Part shown: piece by piece, positions 27,683 to 35,945 of the stretch
Position numbering within the stretch: the stretch's first letter is position 1
Layout of the letters: every line of letters starts with the position of its first letter
Assembly (NCBI GenBank): GCA_037129215.1
Contig: JBAXVH010000001.1
Span: 1-44,468, forward strand
From: Bacteroidota bacterium
GTDB taxonomy: Bacteria; Bacteroidota; Bacteroidia; Chitinophagales; Chitinophagaceae
Direction of reading: 5' to 3'
DNA: 44,468 bases
Translations under genes and position numbers: made by a program
The notes under the pieces: model-generated
The model's input: only the letters and a program-made list of their open reading frames with translations
Databases searched by the model: none
Told to the model about the DNA's origin: nothing

Positions 27683-28569
27683 TATGATAACCTCGTCTTA
27701 CTTGTCATTTTAATAGGTGTTCTACCAGCATAACACATACAGTCTTTACATTGATATGTTTGCCATAAGGTCTTACCTGATGCTTTAGTTCCCCATTTTG
27801 TTAAATTACTTCCATTACAATGTCTACAAGTAATGTCCGTAGCAGAGTTGTAAAGTGTAGCAAGATTTAATTTGGGTTCAAAATGTTTTTTAAGTTTGTT
27901 CCACAGAGTACGAGTATCACATGTATCTTTCTTACCATAGAAACACATCTTATCCATTGCTTTTTTACCAACTTTTAATATATCATCTATAGATGTTCTA
28001 TATTGGTTATTGCATACAGCATTTATACTGACTTCATCTAAGCGTTTATCTTGTAATAATTTTTGAACATCAAAATATCTATCAATATCAATCCAATCTT
28101 GAAGTTCCATTTTAACCTTACCACCTAGGCCTAATTGCGCAGATATATAATCTAACGATTGTGAGGGAAGTCTAAAATATCTCCTCATTTGTTTTTCTAA
28201 GTCGTCTGCGTATTTAGACCAAGACGGATTACCTGGAAGACCTTGCAACATTCTATGTGCATTAAGAATTTTAACGTCAAATCTATCACTATTCTTACCA
28301 ATAGTGTGATCGGCTTTTTCAAGTAATAGATCAAACTCTTTCATCATTTGTTCTGTACCGCCTTCTGGTGTCCATTTAATAATTTGTACAGGGTCATCAT
28401 TCCAGCAATATGTAATACAAATTAATTCCCACATGTTTTTATTAGGAAGTAATTGTTGATGTCGAATATGATTTTCGCCGCAACCCCAGACATAAGCTTG
28501 TAGCGGAAGCGATTCTAAATCATAAAAGAGAATTAAAGGCTTTTTAACACCACCTTGTACTTTATTCAT
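27682..28569 (-). CDS. DEDD/RNase H-fold 3'-5' exonuclease-like protein with a C-terminal zinc ribbon
   Basis: Exo I-like LILFYDLES motif near the N-terminus. C-terminal CRHCNGS...CKDCMC ribbon. 295 aa. Confidence 0.5.
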   Translation of the reverse strand: MNKVQGGVKKPLILFYDLESLPLQAYVWGCGENHIRHQQLLPNKNMWELICITYCWNDDPVQIIKWTPEGGTEQMMKEFDLLLEKADHTIGKNSDRFDVKILNAHRMLQGLPGNPSWSKYADDLEKQMRRYFRLPSQSLDYISAQLGLGGKVKMELQDWIDIDRYFDVQKLLQDKRLDEVSINAVCNNQYRTSIDDILKVGKKAMDKMCFYGKKDTCDTRTLWNKLKKHFEPKLNLATLYNSATDITCRHCNGSNLTKWGTKASGKTLWQTYQCKDCMCYAGRTPIKMTSKTRLS

Positions 28570-28595
28570 TAATTACTCCTAAAAGGATTATTTAT

Positions 28596-28624
28596 AGAAT
28601 ACTATAAAAATTTGTTTGTGTCAA
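28596..28624 (-). promoter_or_regulatory. Sigma70-type promoter TTGACA-N17-TATTCT
   Basis: The reverse complement reads TTGACAcaaacaaatttttatagTATTCT, upstream of 27682..28569. Confidence 0.45.
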
Positions 28625-28626
28625 CA

Positions 28627-28923
28627 TTAATTATTAATAAGGTATTTTAATGTATCTTTGATATGTAAAATATAGTCTTTTAAAAACCCTTTAGATGGTT
28701 TTAAATTTAATTTTTTTCTAAAGACATTTTCTAAAGTTGTTAAAGGGCACTCATCCGGACTAAATATTACTCGTATAACTAAAGCAATAAGAGTTATAGC
28801 GACAAACCACGGTATAAATAAAAAACTAATTAAACAAGTAAGCACAAAACTTAAAAAAGTTACATAATGAAGTAATACAACAAGGCATAAAACTAATTTA
28901 GTTAATTTCATTCTTAATCCCAA
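28627..28923 (-). CDS. Membrane protein, DUF2784-like (CPLTxLEN motif)
   Basis: Two or three TM helices followed by DECPLTTLENVFRKKL. Confidence 0.45.
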   Translation of the reverse strand: MGLRMKLTKLVLCLVVLLHYVTFLSFVLTCLISFLFIPWFVAITLIALVIRVIFSPDECPLTTLENVFRKKLNLKPSKGFLKDYILHIKDTLKYLINN

Positions 28924-29360
28924 AAAAATGGCAAGTGTTTATGTAAATATGTCCAAGCTTCTTTCTGTCTATTTTTCTCTATTTCTTTTACTCTTTTAGA
29001 CGCTACTTCATATAGTTTATCAAAATACTTTTCTGAATGTTTATATGTATGTTTTAATGTATTATTTTGTCTTATAAGTGGATTAATTTTAAATAAATAG
29101 TTTATACTTTTATCATCATAATAGTTATAAGCAGTTTTTAATTTATGTGCTGCATAAATAGCTCTTCTTCCATGCTTTTTACTATTAACACAGTTTCCGT
29201 ATTTAATCATTGTATTTCCTGTAACCTCTAAACTTTTAGAAAATAAATCAATATTATATTGATAATCCCAACATCTAAAATTCCAAGCAGCAGGGATCAT
29301 CCATTTAAGATTGTCTTTAAAAGCTTTAAGATTATAATAAAAATCTATTAATTTTTTCAT
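28914..29360 (-). CDS. Hypothetical protein (148 aa)
   Basis: Its start ATG overlaps the TGA of the upstream 53-aa ORF. Confidence 0.55.
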   Translation of the reverse strand: MKKLIDFYYNLKAFKDNLKWMIPAAWNFRCWDYQYNIDLFSKSLEVTGNTMIKYGNCVNSKKHGRRAIYAAHKLKTAYNYYDDKSINYLFKINPLIRQNNTLKHTYKHSEKYFDKLYEVASKRVKEIEKNRQKEAWTYLHKHLPFFWD

Positions 29361-29518
29361 TGTTTATCTATCCAATTAAATATAGTTCTAAATAATCTAT
29401 AAGTAACATAAAACATTATAAACATTGGTCCTGCTATTGATACTAATAAAACACCATCTGGACCAAATACATTGAGTAGCACTAAAGCTATTATAATAGG
29501 AATTGCTAAATAATTCAT
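29357..29518 (-). CDS. Small two-TM membrane protein (53 aa; not in the ORF track)
   Basis: MNYLAIPIIIALVLLNVFGPDGVLLVSIAGPMFIMFYVTYRLFRTIFNWIDKQ. TAATG overlap with the upstream stop and ATGA overlap with the downstream start fill the gap exactly. Confidence 0.45.
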   Translation of the reverse strand: MNYLAIPIIIALVLLNVFGPDGVLLVSIAGPMFIMFYVTYRLFRTIFNWIDKQ

Positions 29519-29919
29519 TATAGTTTCTCCTTATTCTTTTCATTATACGTTAATTTTTTATGGCAGTCAAGACATAAAATTTCAAATCCATCTTTTTCAC
29601 AGAATAGTCGTTGACAAAATGGTCCAATATCACCAAAACTTTTAAGACTGCCACAGGGAATTATATGATTAACTTCTACATGTGCTCTTATAAACCATTG
29701 TTTACATGTTTTACATGGATATTCCCATTTACTTCTCCCTCCATTCTCTTTAGGTCTTCTAATTTCTGCTAATACTTCATTCTTTGGTCTCCATCGAATA
29801 GACATTCGTCTTAAACCTGAACGTATCCATCCAAAGAAGGCTGCCTCAGTCATCGATCCACCATTAAATGGTCTATCTTTTAATTTTTTCATTCGTCCAC
29901 TTAATCCAACTGTATACAT
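29518..29919 (-). CDS. HNH/zinc-finger nuclease-like protein
   Basis: CKTCKQWF...VEVNHIIPCG...LCLDCHKKLT gives Cys pairs and a His-Asn-His arrangement. The start may lie further downstream. Confidence 0.45.
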   Translation of the reverse strand: MYTVGLSGRMKKLKDRPFNGGSMTEAAFFGWIRSGLRRMSIRWRPKNEVLAEIRRPKENGGRSKWEYPCKTCKQWFIRAHVEVNHIIPCGSLKSFGDIGPFCQRLFCEKDGFEILCLDCHKKLTYNEKNKEKL

Positions 29920-30127
29920 TCATGCAGGCATACATACCCGCTGTAAATATTAAGCCATAGCTTTTAGTGCTGTAGCCTATGTATGCCAAGGATAATTCTG
30001 CTAGAATAAAGATGACAAAGCCCCATTTGTTTTTATTAGCAATACATAGCATGCCTATAAGGGCACTAAAGAACACGGCTATATTTGCTATAAGGAGCAT
30101 TAAAGTCATAGATTTTCCCCGCCCCAT
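29873..30127 (-). CDS. Small 3-TM membrane protein (PnuC-repeat/SemiSWEET-like topology, speculative)
   Basis: 84 aa with three hydrophobic helices. Ends in MNVYSWIKW. Confidence 0.4.
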   Translation of the reverse strand: MGRGKSMTLMLLIANIAVFFSALIGMLCIANKNKWGFVIFILAELSLAYIGYSTKSYGLIFTAGMYACMNVYSWIKWTNEKIKR

Positions 30128-30747
30128 CGACTAAGTCTACTTCTTTCACAGTCTTTTAGATAAACAGCTTTAATAAAGTCTTCATTCCCAATTCTAGATT
30201 CTAGAATTGTAAGGGCATTGTTGTGAATAGTTAGTTTTCGATTATCAATCTGTGAGGTGTCGCCTAGACATACAATTTTAGAGTTTTCACCTATGCGGGT
30301 GATAATAACCTTTAATTGCTGTGGTGTGAGATTCTGCACTTCGTCGATAATTACAAATCTACCGCGTAAACTTCTACCACGAATATGTTGAATAGAGATT
30401 GTTTTTATCTTACTTTCTATAATAGATTGTGTAGTTTTAGAGTCTCCTACTAACATCTCTAAGTTATCCATTAAAGCACCCATCCAAGGCAATAGTTTTT
30501 CCTCTAATTCCCCTGGTAAATGTCCTAAATCCTCACCGACGCCTGTAGGTCCTCGAGTAAATATTATCTCTTTATACATGTGTTGCTCTATAACCAATTC
30601 TAATGCACTTGCAAGCGATAATAAGGTCTTACCACTACCTGCCCCACCATTAAGCACTACGAGCTCCACAGAAGGGTCTGTCAAGTATTTTAAAGCGACT
30701 TTTTGCTCTTCATTTTTTGGGGTAATACCCCACACTTTATAACTCAT
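30106..30747 (-). CDS. phoH: PhoH-family ATPase
   Basis: VVLNGGAGSGKTLLSLA (Walker A), TRGPTGVGEDLGHLPG, IRGRSL, FVIIDEVQN (Walker B), VCLGDTSQID. The ATG at 30747 overlaps the TGA of the upstream pseudogene fragment; the track uses TTG at 30759. Confidence 0.9.
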   Translation of the reverse strand: MSYKVWGITPKNEEQKVALKYLTDPSVELVVLNGGAGSGKTLLSLASALELVIEQHMYKEIIFTRGPTGVGEDLGHLPGELEEKLLPWMGALMDNLEMLVGDSKTTQSIIESKIKTISIQHIRGRSLRGRFVIIDEVQNLTPQQLKVIITRIGENSKIVCLGDTSQIDNRKLTIHNNALTILESRIGNEDFIKAVYLKDCERSRLSRWGGENL

Positions 30748-31199
30748 ACTCTTCTCCAAACTCTGTTAAATTTAATGTTGCTGATTGTTTGCTCACACAC
30801 ACCAAATATTCGAGCGATAGTTCTTTGGTTTAATACAGCTTTTTTTAATAATACTTTTATCTGCACAACATCTTTTTCTGTTAATTTTGCATTACAATGG
30901 GCTTCTCCAATCCCAGTTATCTAATAAATTTTATACTGTTTTTGTGGCAATACCCCACACTCAAACCAGTATAAGGCATTATCAATACTATATATTCCAT
31001 TATTTGCAGCTAGCATGATAGCTAAATAACCGGCATTGTGTAGTGCTGGTTTTAATTTCTTATAAACACCAGCTTTTGTTAAGTATACATTTCCCTTCTT
31101 TGTTACAAAATAATTTGGGTGGTTAGGTAGGGGATAATATTTTAAAGCTTCTTCTTGTTCTGGGTTTTTTAAGCGTATGCCCCAAGTTTTAATGTTCAT
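30744..31199 (-). pseudogene. Decayed HNH-type homing endonuclease (NUMOD4-like N-terminus, in-frame TAG, C-terminal HTH, catalytic core missing) fused to a diverged copy of the phoH 5' end
   Basis: ORF 30921..31199 ends in TAG and the same frame continues ITGIGEAHCNAKLTEKDVVQIKVLLKKAVLNQRTIARIFGVCEQTISNIKFNRVWRRV*. This tail parallels the C-terminus of the intact HNH at 35460..35945 (GESRPNSKLTDIKVREIR...). The first 22 aa, MNIKTWGIRLKNPEQEEALKYY, parallel PhoH MSYKVWGITPKNEEQKVALKYL. Confidence 0.6.
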
Positions 31200-31384
31200 T
31201 ATAAGTCTCCATCATTATTAATTTCGGCAACTATTTTGGCGCTAAATTGACATGCTAAGAGAAAAGATTTAAAATCTTCTAAAATTTCATCTATTGTTTG
31301 ATGTTGTCCAGACACTAAGACTTTTCTATAGCCTTCTACATCTATATCACCTTCCATAATAAAAGTATATTTATCTGAGATCAT
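31199..31384 (-). CDS. Hypothetical acidic protein (61 aa)
   Basis: Small co-oriented ORF overlapping its neighbours. Confidence 0.5.
   Translation of the reverse strand: MISDKYTFIMEGDIDVEGYRKVLVSGQHQTIDEILEDFKSFLLACQFSAKIVAEINNDGDL
31247..31275 (+). promoter_or_regulatory. Promoter-like TTGACA-N17-TAAAAT on the plus strand, antisense to minus-strand genes
   Basis: Exact -35 hexamer and 17-nt spacer. It may be fortuitous in AT-rich DNA. Confidence 0.2.
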
Positions 31385-32240
31385 TTAAATAATCCTCACC
31401 GTTACGTTTCTGATTATCAACAATATATAAGAGATTAGCGATTTCATATAGTTTTTCTTTATATTCATCCTTATAATGATTATAATACATTTCTGTAACA
31501 ATAGCAAGCATTTCTTTCTCTGTTTTAGCCTTGCTTAATAGCTTTGATGACTTGACAGGTCCAATGTTAGGTATTCCTGGTATATTATCGACATTGTCAC
31601 CTGTAAGCATTTGGTGAAAGAAGAAAGCTTTTCCTGTCCCTCTTTGACCATCCATGGGTAAAACACCAATACTATCATTTACTACATATCTTTCTTGTTT
31701 AACCCAGTGATAATGTTTTCCTTCTATCATAGAAATGTCTTTGTCTATGTGGGATGCAATAGTGTTGTCTGTTTGATACATCCCCAAGGCATCGTCAGCC
31801 TCAAATCCATCTATTTCCTGTGCACCCCAATGCTTAATTAAATACTCTCTAATAGAGGCATAATGAAGGGGTCTAGCGGGGCGATTGGCTTTATAACCTA
31901 GCCCTTTAGGACCAGGTGTTTTAGCAAGCTTAAAACGAAAATTAGAGCCATTAGAAGGAGAGAGCCATAAATTAAGGGCTCCAATGTTATTTAATGATTT
32001 TAATTGGGATTTTACAATATAAATCGCATGTTCTAAAGGTTCTGTTATTTTATATCCTTCTAAAGAGAATTCTTTTAGAGCTAACGTCTTGACTTTTTGA
32101 ATAATTTGTGATTTAGTGTGTTTATTACCAAAATCATAGGTTTTCTTAGGGGTTACTAATTTATAAGCCTGTTTTTCGACTGCAAATGCGGAGCGATAGA
32201 GAATTTCATCGGCTTCTATATTTAATAGTAATTTACTCAT
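31371..32240 (-). CDS. 5'-3' exonuclease / flap endonuclease (FEN, PIN + H3TH)
   Basis: GFEADDALG metal-binding block. QMLTGDNVDNIPGIPNIGPVKSSKLL is the H3TH motif. Confidence 0.9.
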   Translation of the reverse strand: MSKLLLNIEADEILYRSAFAVEKQAYKLVTPKKTYDFGNKHTKSQIIQKVKTLALKEFSLEGYKITEPLEHAIYIVKSQLKSLNNIGALNLWLSPSNGSNFRFKLAKTPGPKGLGYKANRPARPLHYASIREYLIKHWGAQEIDGFEADDALGMYQTDNTIASHIDKDISMIEGKHYHWVKQERYVVNDSIGVLPMDGQRGTGKAFFFHQMLTGDNVDNIPGIPNIGPVKSSKLLSKAKTEKEMLAIVTEMYYNHYKDEYKEKLYEIANLLYIVDNQKRNGEDYLNDLR

Positions 32241-32422
32241 AATCCCTCACTCGAATCATGGCCTAATTTATCAAACATATCATCAACATCTTTACATCTT
32301 ACAATTCCTTCACCCTTTCTAGCCTCCTCAATAGCTTTAGCCGTTTCTTTATTAGGATCAAGTTGCTTTCTTGATACCAACTCATTAAATATTGCTTTTA
32401 TATTAAGAATAAGATTGGACAT
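32237..32422 (-). CDS. Hypothetical protein (61 aa)
   Basis: ATGA overlap with the FEN gene. Confidence 0.5.
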   Translation of the reverse strand: MSNLILNIKAIFNELVSRKQLDPNKETAKAIEEARKGEGIVRCKDVDDMFDKLGHDSSEGL

Positions 32423-32433
32423 AATTCACCTTT

Positions 32434-32462
32434 AATATAAAGGGCGCAATTAGAGCGCCCTT
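32434..32462 (-). terminator. Hairpin terminator after the SSB-like gene (AAGGGCGC-N7-GCGCCCTT)
   Basis: 8-bp GC-rich stem at 32440-32447/32455-32462, followed on the minus strand by TATATTAAA. Confidence 0.55.
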
Positions 32463-32474
32463 CCTTAGGTATTA

Positions 32475-33137
32475 TTAAAGTTCAATTTCTAATGATTCAA
32501 AATCATCATCTAAGTCATCTAAAGATGAATCTGCTTTAATTGACTGAGTAATTGTTTTTGTTTGACTGGGTTTTGACTCATTAGGTTTATTATACTCTCC
32601 TGATTTAACCTCCTGCTCTAATGCCATACTAAGTTTTAGAAGTTCTCTAGCTACTTTACCCACTTGTTCTACACTTGTTTTAGTGCCTTGTTGGGCAACA
32701 ACAATAGCTACAGCATCGTGTAATGTAGCGCCTACTTTAACACCGGCTTCATTATATGGTGTTTTAGTTGCAAAAGAATTTCCGCCCCCTCCTCCGTTAA
32801 ATGCGGGTTTGTTAAATGCGGGTTTAGGTTTAGATGTAAAAGTACTGGCCGCCTTAATTTCTTTTAAATTCCAGAAACCTTGAGGAGCCCCTTCTTTTTG
32901 TGCAAAGACTTTAACTAAGACAAGTTCATCTCCATTTTTAGCTGCGGATTTTAGCAGTTCTTTTTCTTCATTAGAGAAATTACTTGTCAACTTGGAGGCT
33001 GTAGATGCTTGGTTACTGTCATTATCTGTACGAATGTAGTTAATAGTAATTTTATCTACTTTAGTACCTTCTCCAGTACGTTCGTAGCCCGTAATTTTAC
33101 CTTTTTGTTGTGATTCCTGTCCATTCGTGAAAACCAT
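32475..33137 (-). CDS. Putative single-stranded DNA-binding protein
   Basis: Strong RBS (aaggagataactatATG), Gly-rich linker (FNGGGGGNSF), acidic C-terminal tail (SSLDDLDDDFESLEIEL), located between the pol and FEN genes. Confidence 0.5.
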   Translation of the reverse strand: MVFTNGQESQQKGKITGYERTGEGTKVDKITINYIRTDNDSNQASTASKLTSNFSNEEKELLKSAAKNGDELVLVKVFAQKEGAPQGFWNLKEIKAASTFTSKPKPAFNKPAFNGGGGGNSFATKTPYNEAGVKVGATLHDAVAIVVAQQGTKTSVEQVGKVARELLKLSMALEQEVKSGEYNKPNESKPSQTKTITQSIKADSSLDDLDDDFESLEIEL

Positions 33138-33149
33138 ATAGTTATCTCC

Positions 33150-33305
33150 TTAGTTCATGTTATCAAACTCTTTTAAAATACCGGTAAGAACGTTGGCTAC
33201 TGTAGCATACAATAAAATTGTATGACTGCCTACAAATAGCCCCGTTATTACACAGCTTAGCGAAACAAAGTATAAGTATCTATGTAATTTTATATTATGC
33301 TTCAT
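33150..33305 (-). CDS. Possible 51-aa single-TM peptide (not in the ORF track)
   Basis: MKHNIKLHRYLYFVSLSCVITGLFVGSHTILLYATVANVLTGILKEFDNMN. Its ATG overlaps the end of the pol gene. Fills the pol-SSB gap. Confidence 0.3.
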   Translation of the reverse strand: MKHNIKLHRYLYFVSLSCVITGLFVGSHTILLYATVANVLTGILKEFDNMN

Positions 33306-35442
33306 AATTTTCCATTAAGTAGAAGTTATTACCTACTTTTACATCTACTTTAAATTTAAAAGGGGCGTCTTTCTTTAAATACTTTTTAAATAAAGTCGGT
33401 ATATCCTCCATTATACCTTTAATTTTAGGGACTGTCAAGCTTAATTTATCTTCTTTTACGTAAAACTCAATACTATCATGCACCTGATTAATCATCTTAA
33501 CATCGTCATTATTCAATGATAGAATGTATTGAAAGATTTCACTAGTTGCAAGAGCTACAACATCTGCTGCACCGCCTTGTACCGCATAGTTCTTCATCTG
33601 TGTAGGTGAGAAACCTGCTCTTACCTTTCCAAATTTATCATATTGTCCCATTTCTTCAAATGCATATCGCTTACCTGTAATAGATTGGTAATAACCAATA
33701 TCTCTAAATCTATCATTTATGTAATCTGCGTTTAATTTATCTTTCATAATCGGAAGCAATTCTATTCCACCAATAAATCTTTTAGAGTACTTATTAAACC
33801 CTTTTCGAAAATTAGGTATGTGTTTAGATAATGAAGGAAATTTATTACTGTTTACAGTACTAACTACTTTATCATTAAATTCTTTAACGCAAGGATAATC
33901 TTCATCTTCTTTGGTAAAGATCTTTTTAATAACATCCTCATCTAATCCTGTAGACAGGGCTAGTTTTTTAGGTGAAGCACCATAGGCTTTTTGATAACTA
34001 ATAGTCTTAGCTTTACTACGCTTTAATTCCCATTCTGGTAATTTATCTATTTTACACAATTTGTATACGTCATTATAGGCCATATCTTCTGCGTAAGAAA
34101 GGCGTAATATATGAAAATCAACTCCGTCTAATAGGTCATTAGTAAGTTTAGGATCTTCACTAATCATTGCTAGAATATAAATTTCTAGCTGACTAAAATC
34201 TATAGACACACATTTGTAACCGACTAGTGCTATGAATTGATTTTTAATATATTTCTCCATGCCTCCTTTACTTGTAATGTTTTGTAAATTAGGTTTAGAT
34301 GAACTTAAACGCCCAGTTGTTGTAGCTGTATTATTGTAGTGTGGGTACAATATCCCGTCAATAGAATAGTTAAGAAATGGCTCAAGATAAGTTGAGCACA
34401 CTTTCTCCACTTTCATAGACAGTTTTTGTAATTTACAATATTGTTTAACTAATGGATCTTCAATTGTATTAGAAATTTTTTCAATAATTTCAGCACCAGT
34501 TCTATACCTGCCGTTTACTTCACTAGGTGATGTTAGTGTTATGGGCAAGTTAAATCCGTGAATTTCTATATTAGTTTCAATAATTTTAGTCTTGGGTTTA
34601 CCATTTTTATAAAATCCAGCGTCTTCTCGTTTCTTACATTTAATACTTCCACCAAACAACAGGGCACTCTTATGTGTAGGAGACTGTATATTAAATGGTG
34701 GTAAGTCTGGATCAGACCAGAATTGGCTAACAATCTCTTCGGACTTTTGTAAAAACTCTATAGATTTAAGTTTCAAAGCTTTTAATGTTTTTTCTGTATT
34801 TATTAGGTCAACTTTAATCCCTGTAGTCATTGTAGATACTAAGGCCAACATATACATGTTATATGTTTTAATAACATCTACCATACCGAGTCTTTTAGCT
34901 CTTTCTATTTGTTTAACAGCTATTTCAAATGTAGAACTGCCGTCTCCATAACAGTATTTATTAAATAATTCAAATATTCTTTTATGACTGTTTTTATGTG
35001 TTATGATTACATCAGCACCAATCCCTTTTTTAAATAGTTTAGAAATTCTATCTTCTTTTACTTTTTTATCTAAATAGATTAATTGCAGTTCTGCAAGGGA
35101 AGCAAATGCATGTCGTTGTCCAGACATAAGATATTCAGCAATTTGAGTATCCCAAGTAAAGCCCCCTCTTTTAATAAAGGCTTGAAAAGACTTGTCATGC
35201 CATATGTAAGCTAAATCGAATGGTGCATTATGTGCGATAATACAATCGGATTGTTCTAAAGCTTTGACGCAACCTTCAGACAAGGTTCTTTTGAATCCTT
35301 GTAGATTATGCTCTACATTAATAGCTTTAGGATGTGTCCCATAAATTAATGTGTATATATCATTTTTAGGATCACGAAATGTGCCTGAATGGATAGTTTT
35401 TCCAATGCTGGTTTCTGTATCTAGAACACAAAATTTAGTCAT
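33295..35442 (-). CDS. Family A DNA polymerase with a 3'-5' exonuclease domain
   Basis: Exo motifs FCVLDTETS and IIAHNAPFDL. Pol motifs RLSSSKPNLQNI, KTISYQKAYGAS and INQVHDSIEF. The ATG at 35442 has a GGAGAG RBS; the track start 35484 overlaps the HNH gene. Confidence 0.95.
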   Translation of the reverse strand: MTKFCVLDTETSIGKTIHSGTFRDPKNDIYTLIYGTHPKAINVEHNLQGFKRTLSEGCVKALEQSDCIIAHNAPFDLAYIWHDKSFQAFIKRGGFTWDTQIAEYLMSGQRHAFASLAELQLIYLDKKVKEDRISKLFKKGIGADVIITHKNSHKRIFELFNKYCYGDGSSTFEIAVKQIERAKRLGMVDVIKTYNMYMLALVSTMTTGIKVDLINTEKTLKALKLKSIEFLQKSEEIVSQFWSDPDLPPFNIQSPTHKSALLFGGSIKCKKREDAGFYKNGKPKTKIIETNIEIHGFNLPITLTSPSEVNGRYRTGAEIIEKISNTIEDPLVKQYCKLQKLSMKVEKVCSTYLEPFLNYSIDGILYPHYNNTATTTGRLSSSKPNLQNITSKGGMEKYIKNQFIALVGYKCVSIDFSQLEIYILAMISEDPKLTNDLLDGVDFHILRLSYAEDMAYNDVYKLCKIDKLPEWELKRSKAKTISYQKAYGASPKKLALSTGLDEDVIKKIFTKEDEDYPCVKEFNDKVVSTVNSNKFPSLSKHIPNFRKGFNKYSKRFIGGIELLPIMKDKLNADYINDRFRDIGYYQSITGKRYAFEEMGQYDKFGKVRAGFSPTQMKNYAVQGGAADVVALATSEIFQYILSLNNDDVKMINQVHDSIEFYVKEDKLSLTVPKIKGIMEDIPTLFKKYLKKDAPFKFKVDVKVGNNFYLMENYEA
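33410..33438 (-). promoter_or_regulatory. Sigma70-type promoter TTGACA-N17-TATAAT inside the 3' end of the pol gene
   Basis: The reverse complement reads TTGACAgtccctaaaattaaaggTATAAT. It would drive the SSB-like gene. Confidence 0.5.
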
Positions 35443-35459
35443 TTGTCTCTCCATTACCA

Positions 35460-35945
35460 TCAATTTTGTTTTACATGACTCCAAATTTCACCTGTCCAAA
35501 TACGATAAATTAAAGAAGAATGAACCTTATATAAAGCTGCAATTTTAGGGCCTGACAACTTTCCTTGATAGTTTCTTATTTCTCTAACTTTAATATCTGT
35601 TAATTTAGAATTAGGCCGAGATTCACCCTTCACTCTTGAACATCTCCCTTTAAGCATCTTATCTCTATTATTATCTGCAACAGTTCCTAAAAATAAATGT
35701 TGCAAATTTAAACATTTAGGATTATCACATTTATGACATACAAGTAATTTTTCTGGTATAGGACCATTGTGTCTAATCCAAACAGCTCGATGTAATAATC
35801 GTGCATAATTATTTCCTACGTATGTTTTACCTACTCTAGCATATCCCCATTCATTAACAACTTTAGTAAATTCTACACAATTATTTTCATTATTTAATAA
35901 AGTATTAGTTTTAATATAATGATCAAATCTACTATGATCTACCAT
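35460..35945 (-). mobile_element. Free-standing HNH homing endonuclease gene between the helicase and polymerase genes
   Basis: 161-aa ORF. GYARVG...HRAVWIRHNGPIPEKLLVCHKCDNPKCLNLQHLFLGTVADNNRD (HNH core) plus a C-terminal HTH (SKLTDIKVREIRNYQGKLSGPKIAALYKVHSSLIYRIWTGEIW). Confidence 0.85.

Noticed and set aside
30918-30923. The in-frame TAG as evidence of stop-codon reassignment or suppression by the odd tRNA
   Set aside because: TAG terminates several well-supported genes (for example 716..1150 and 22780..24621). The tRNA loop contains no CUA anticodon. The interrupted gene also lacks its catalytic core, so pseudogenisation is simpler.
30703-30924. 73-aa plus-strand ORF
   Set aside because: It is antisense to the C-terminal HTH fragment of the decayed homing endonuclease, where the minus-strand reading is clearly homologous to 35460..35945.
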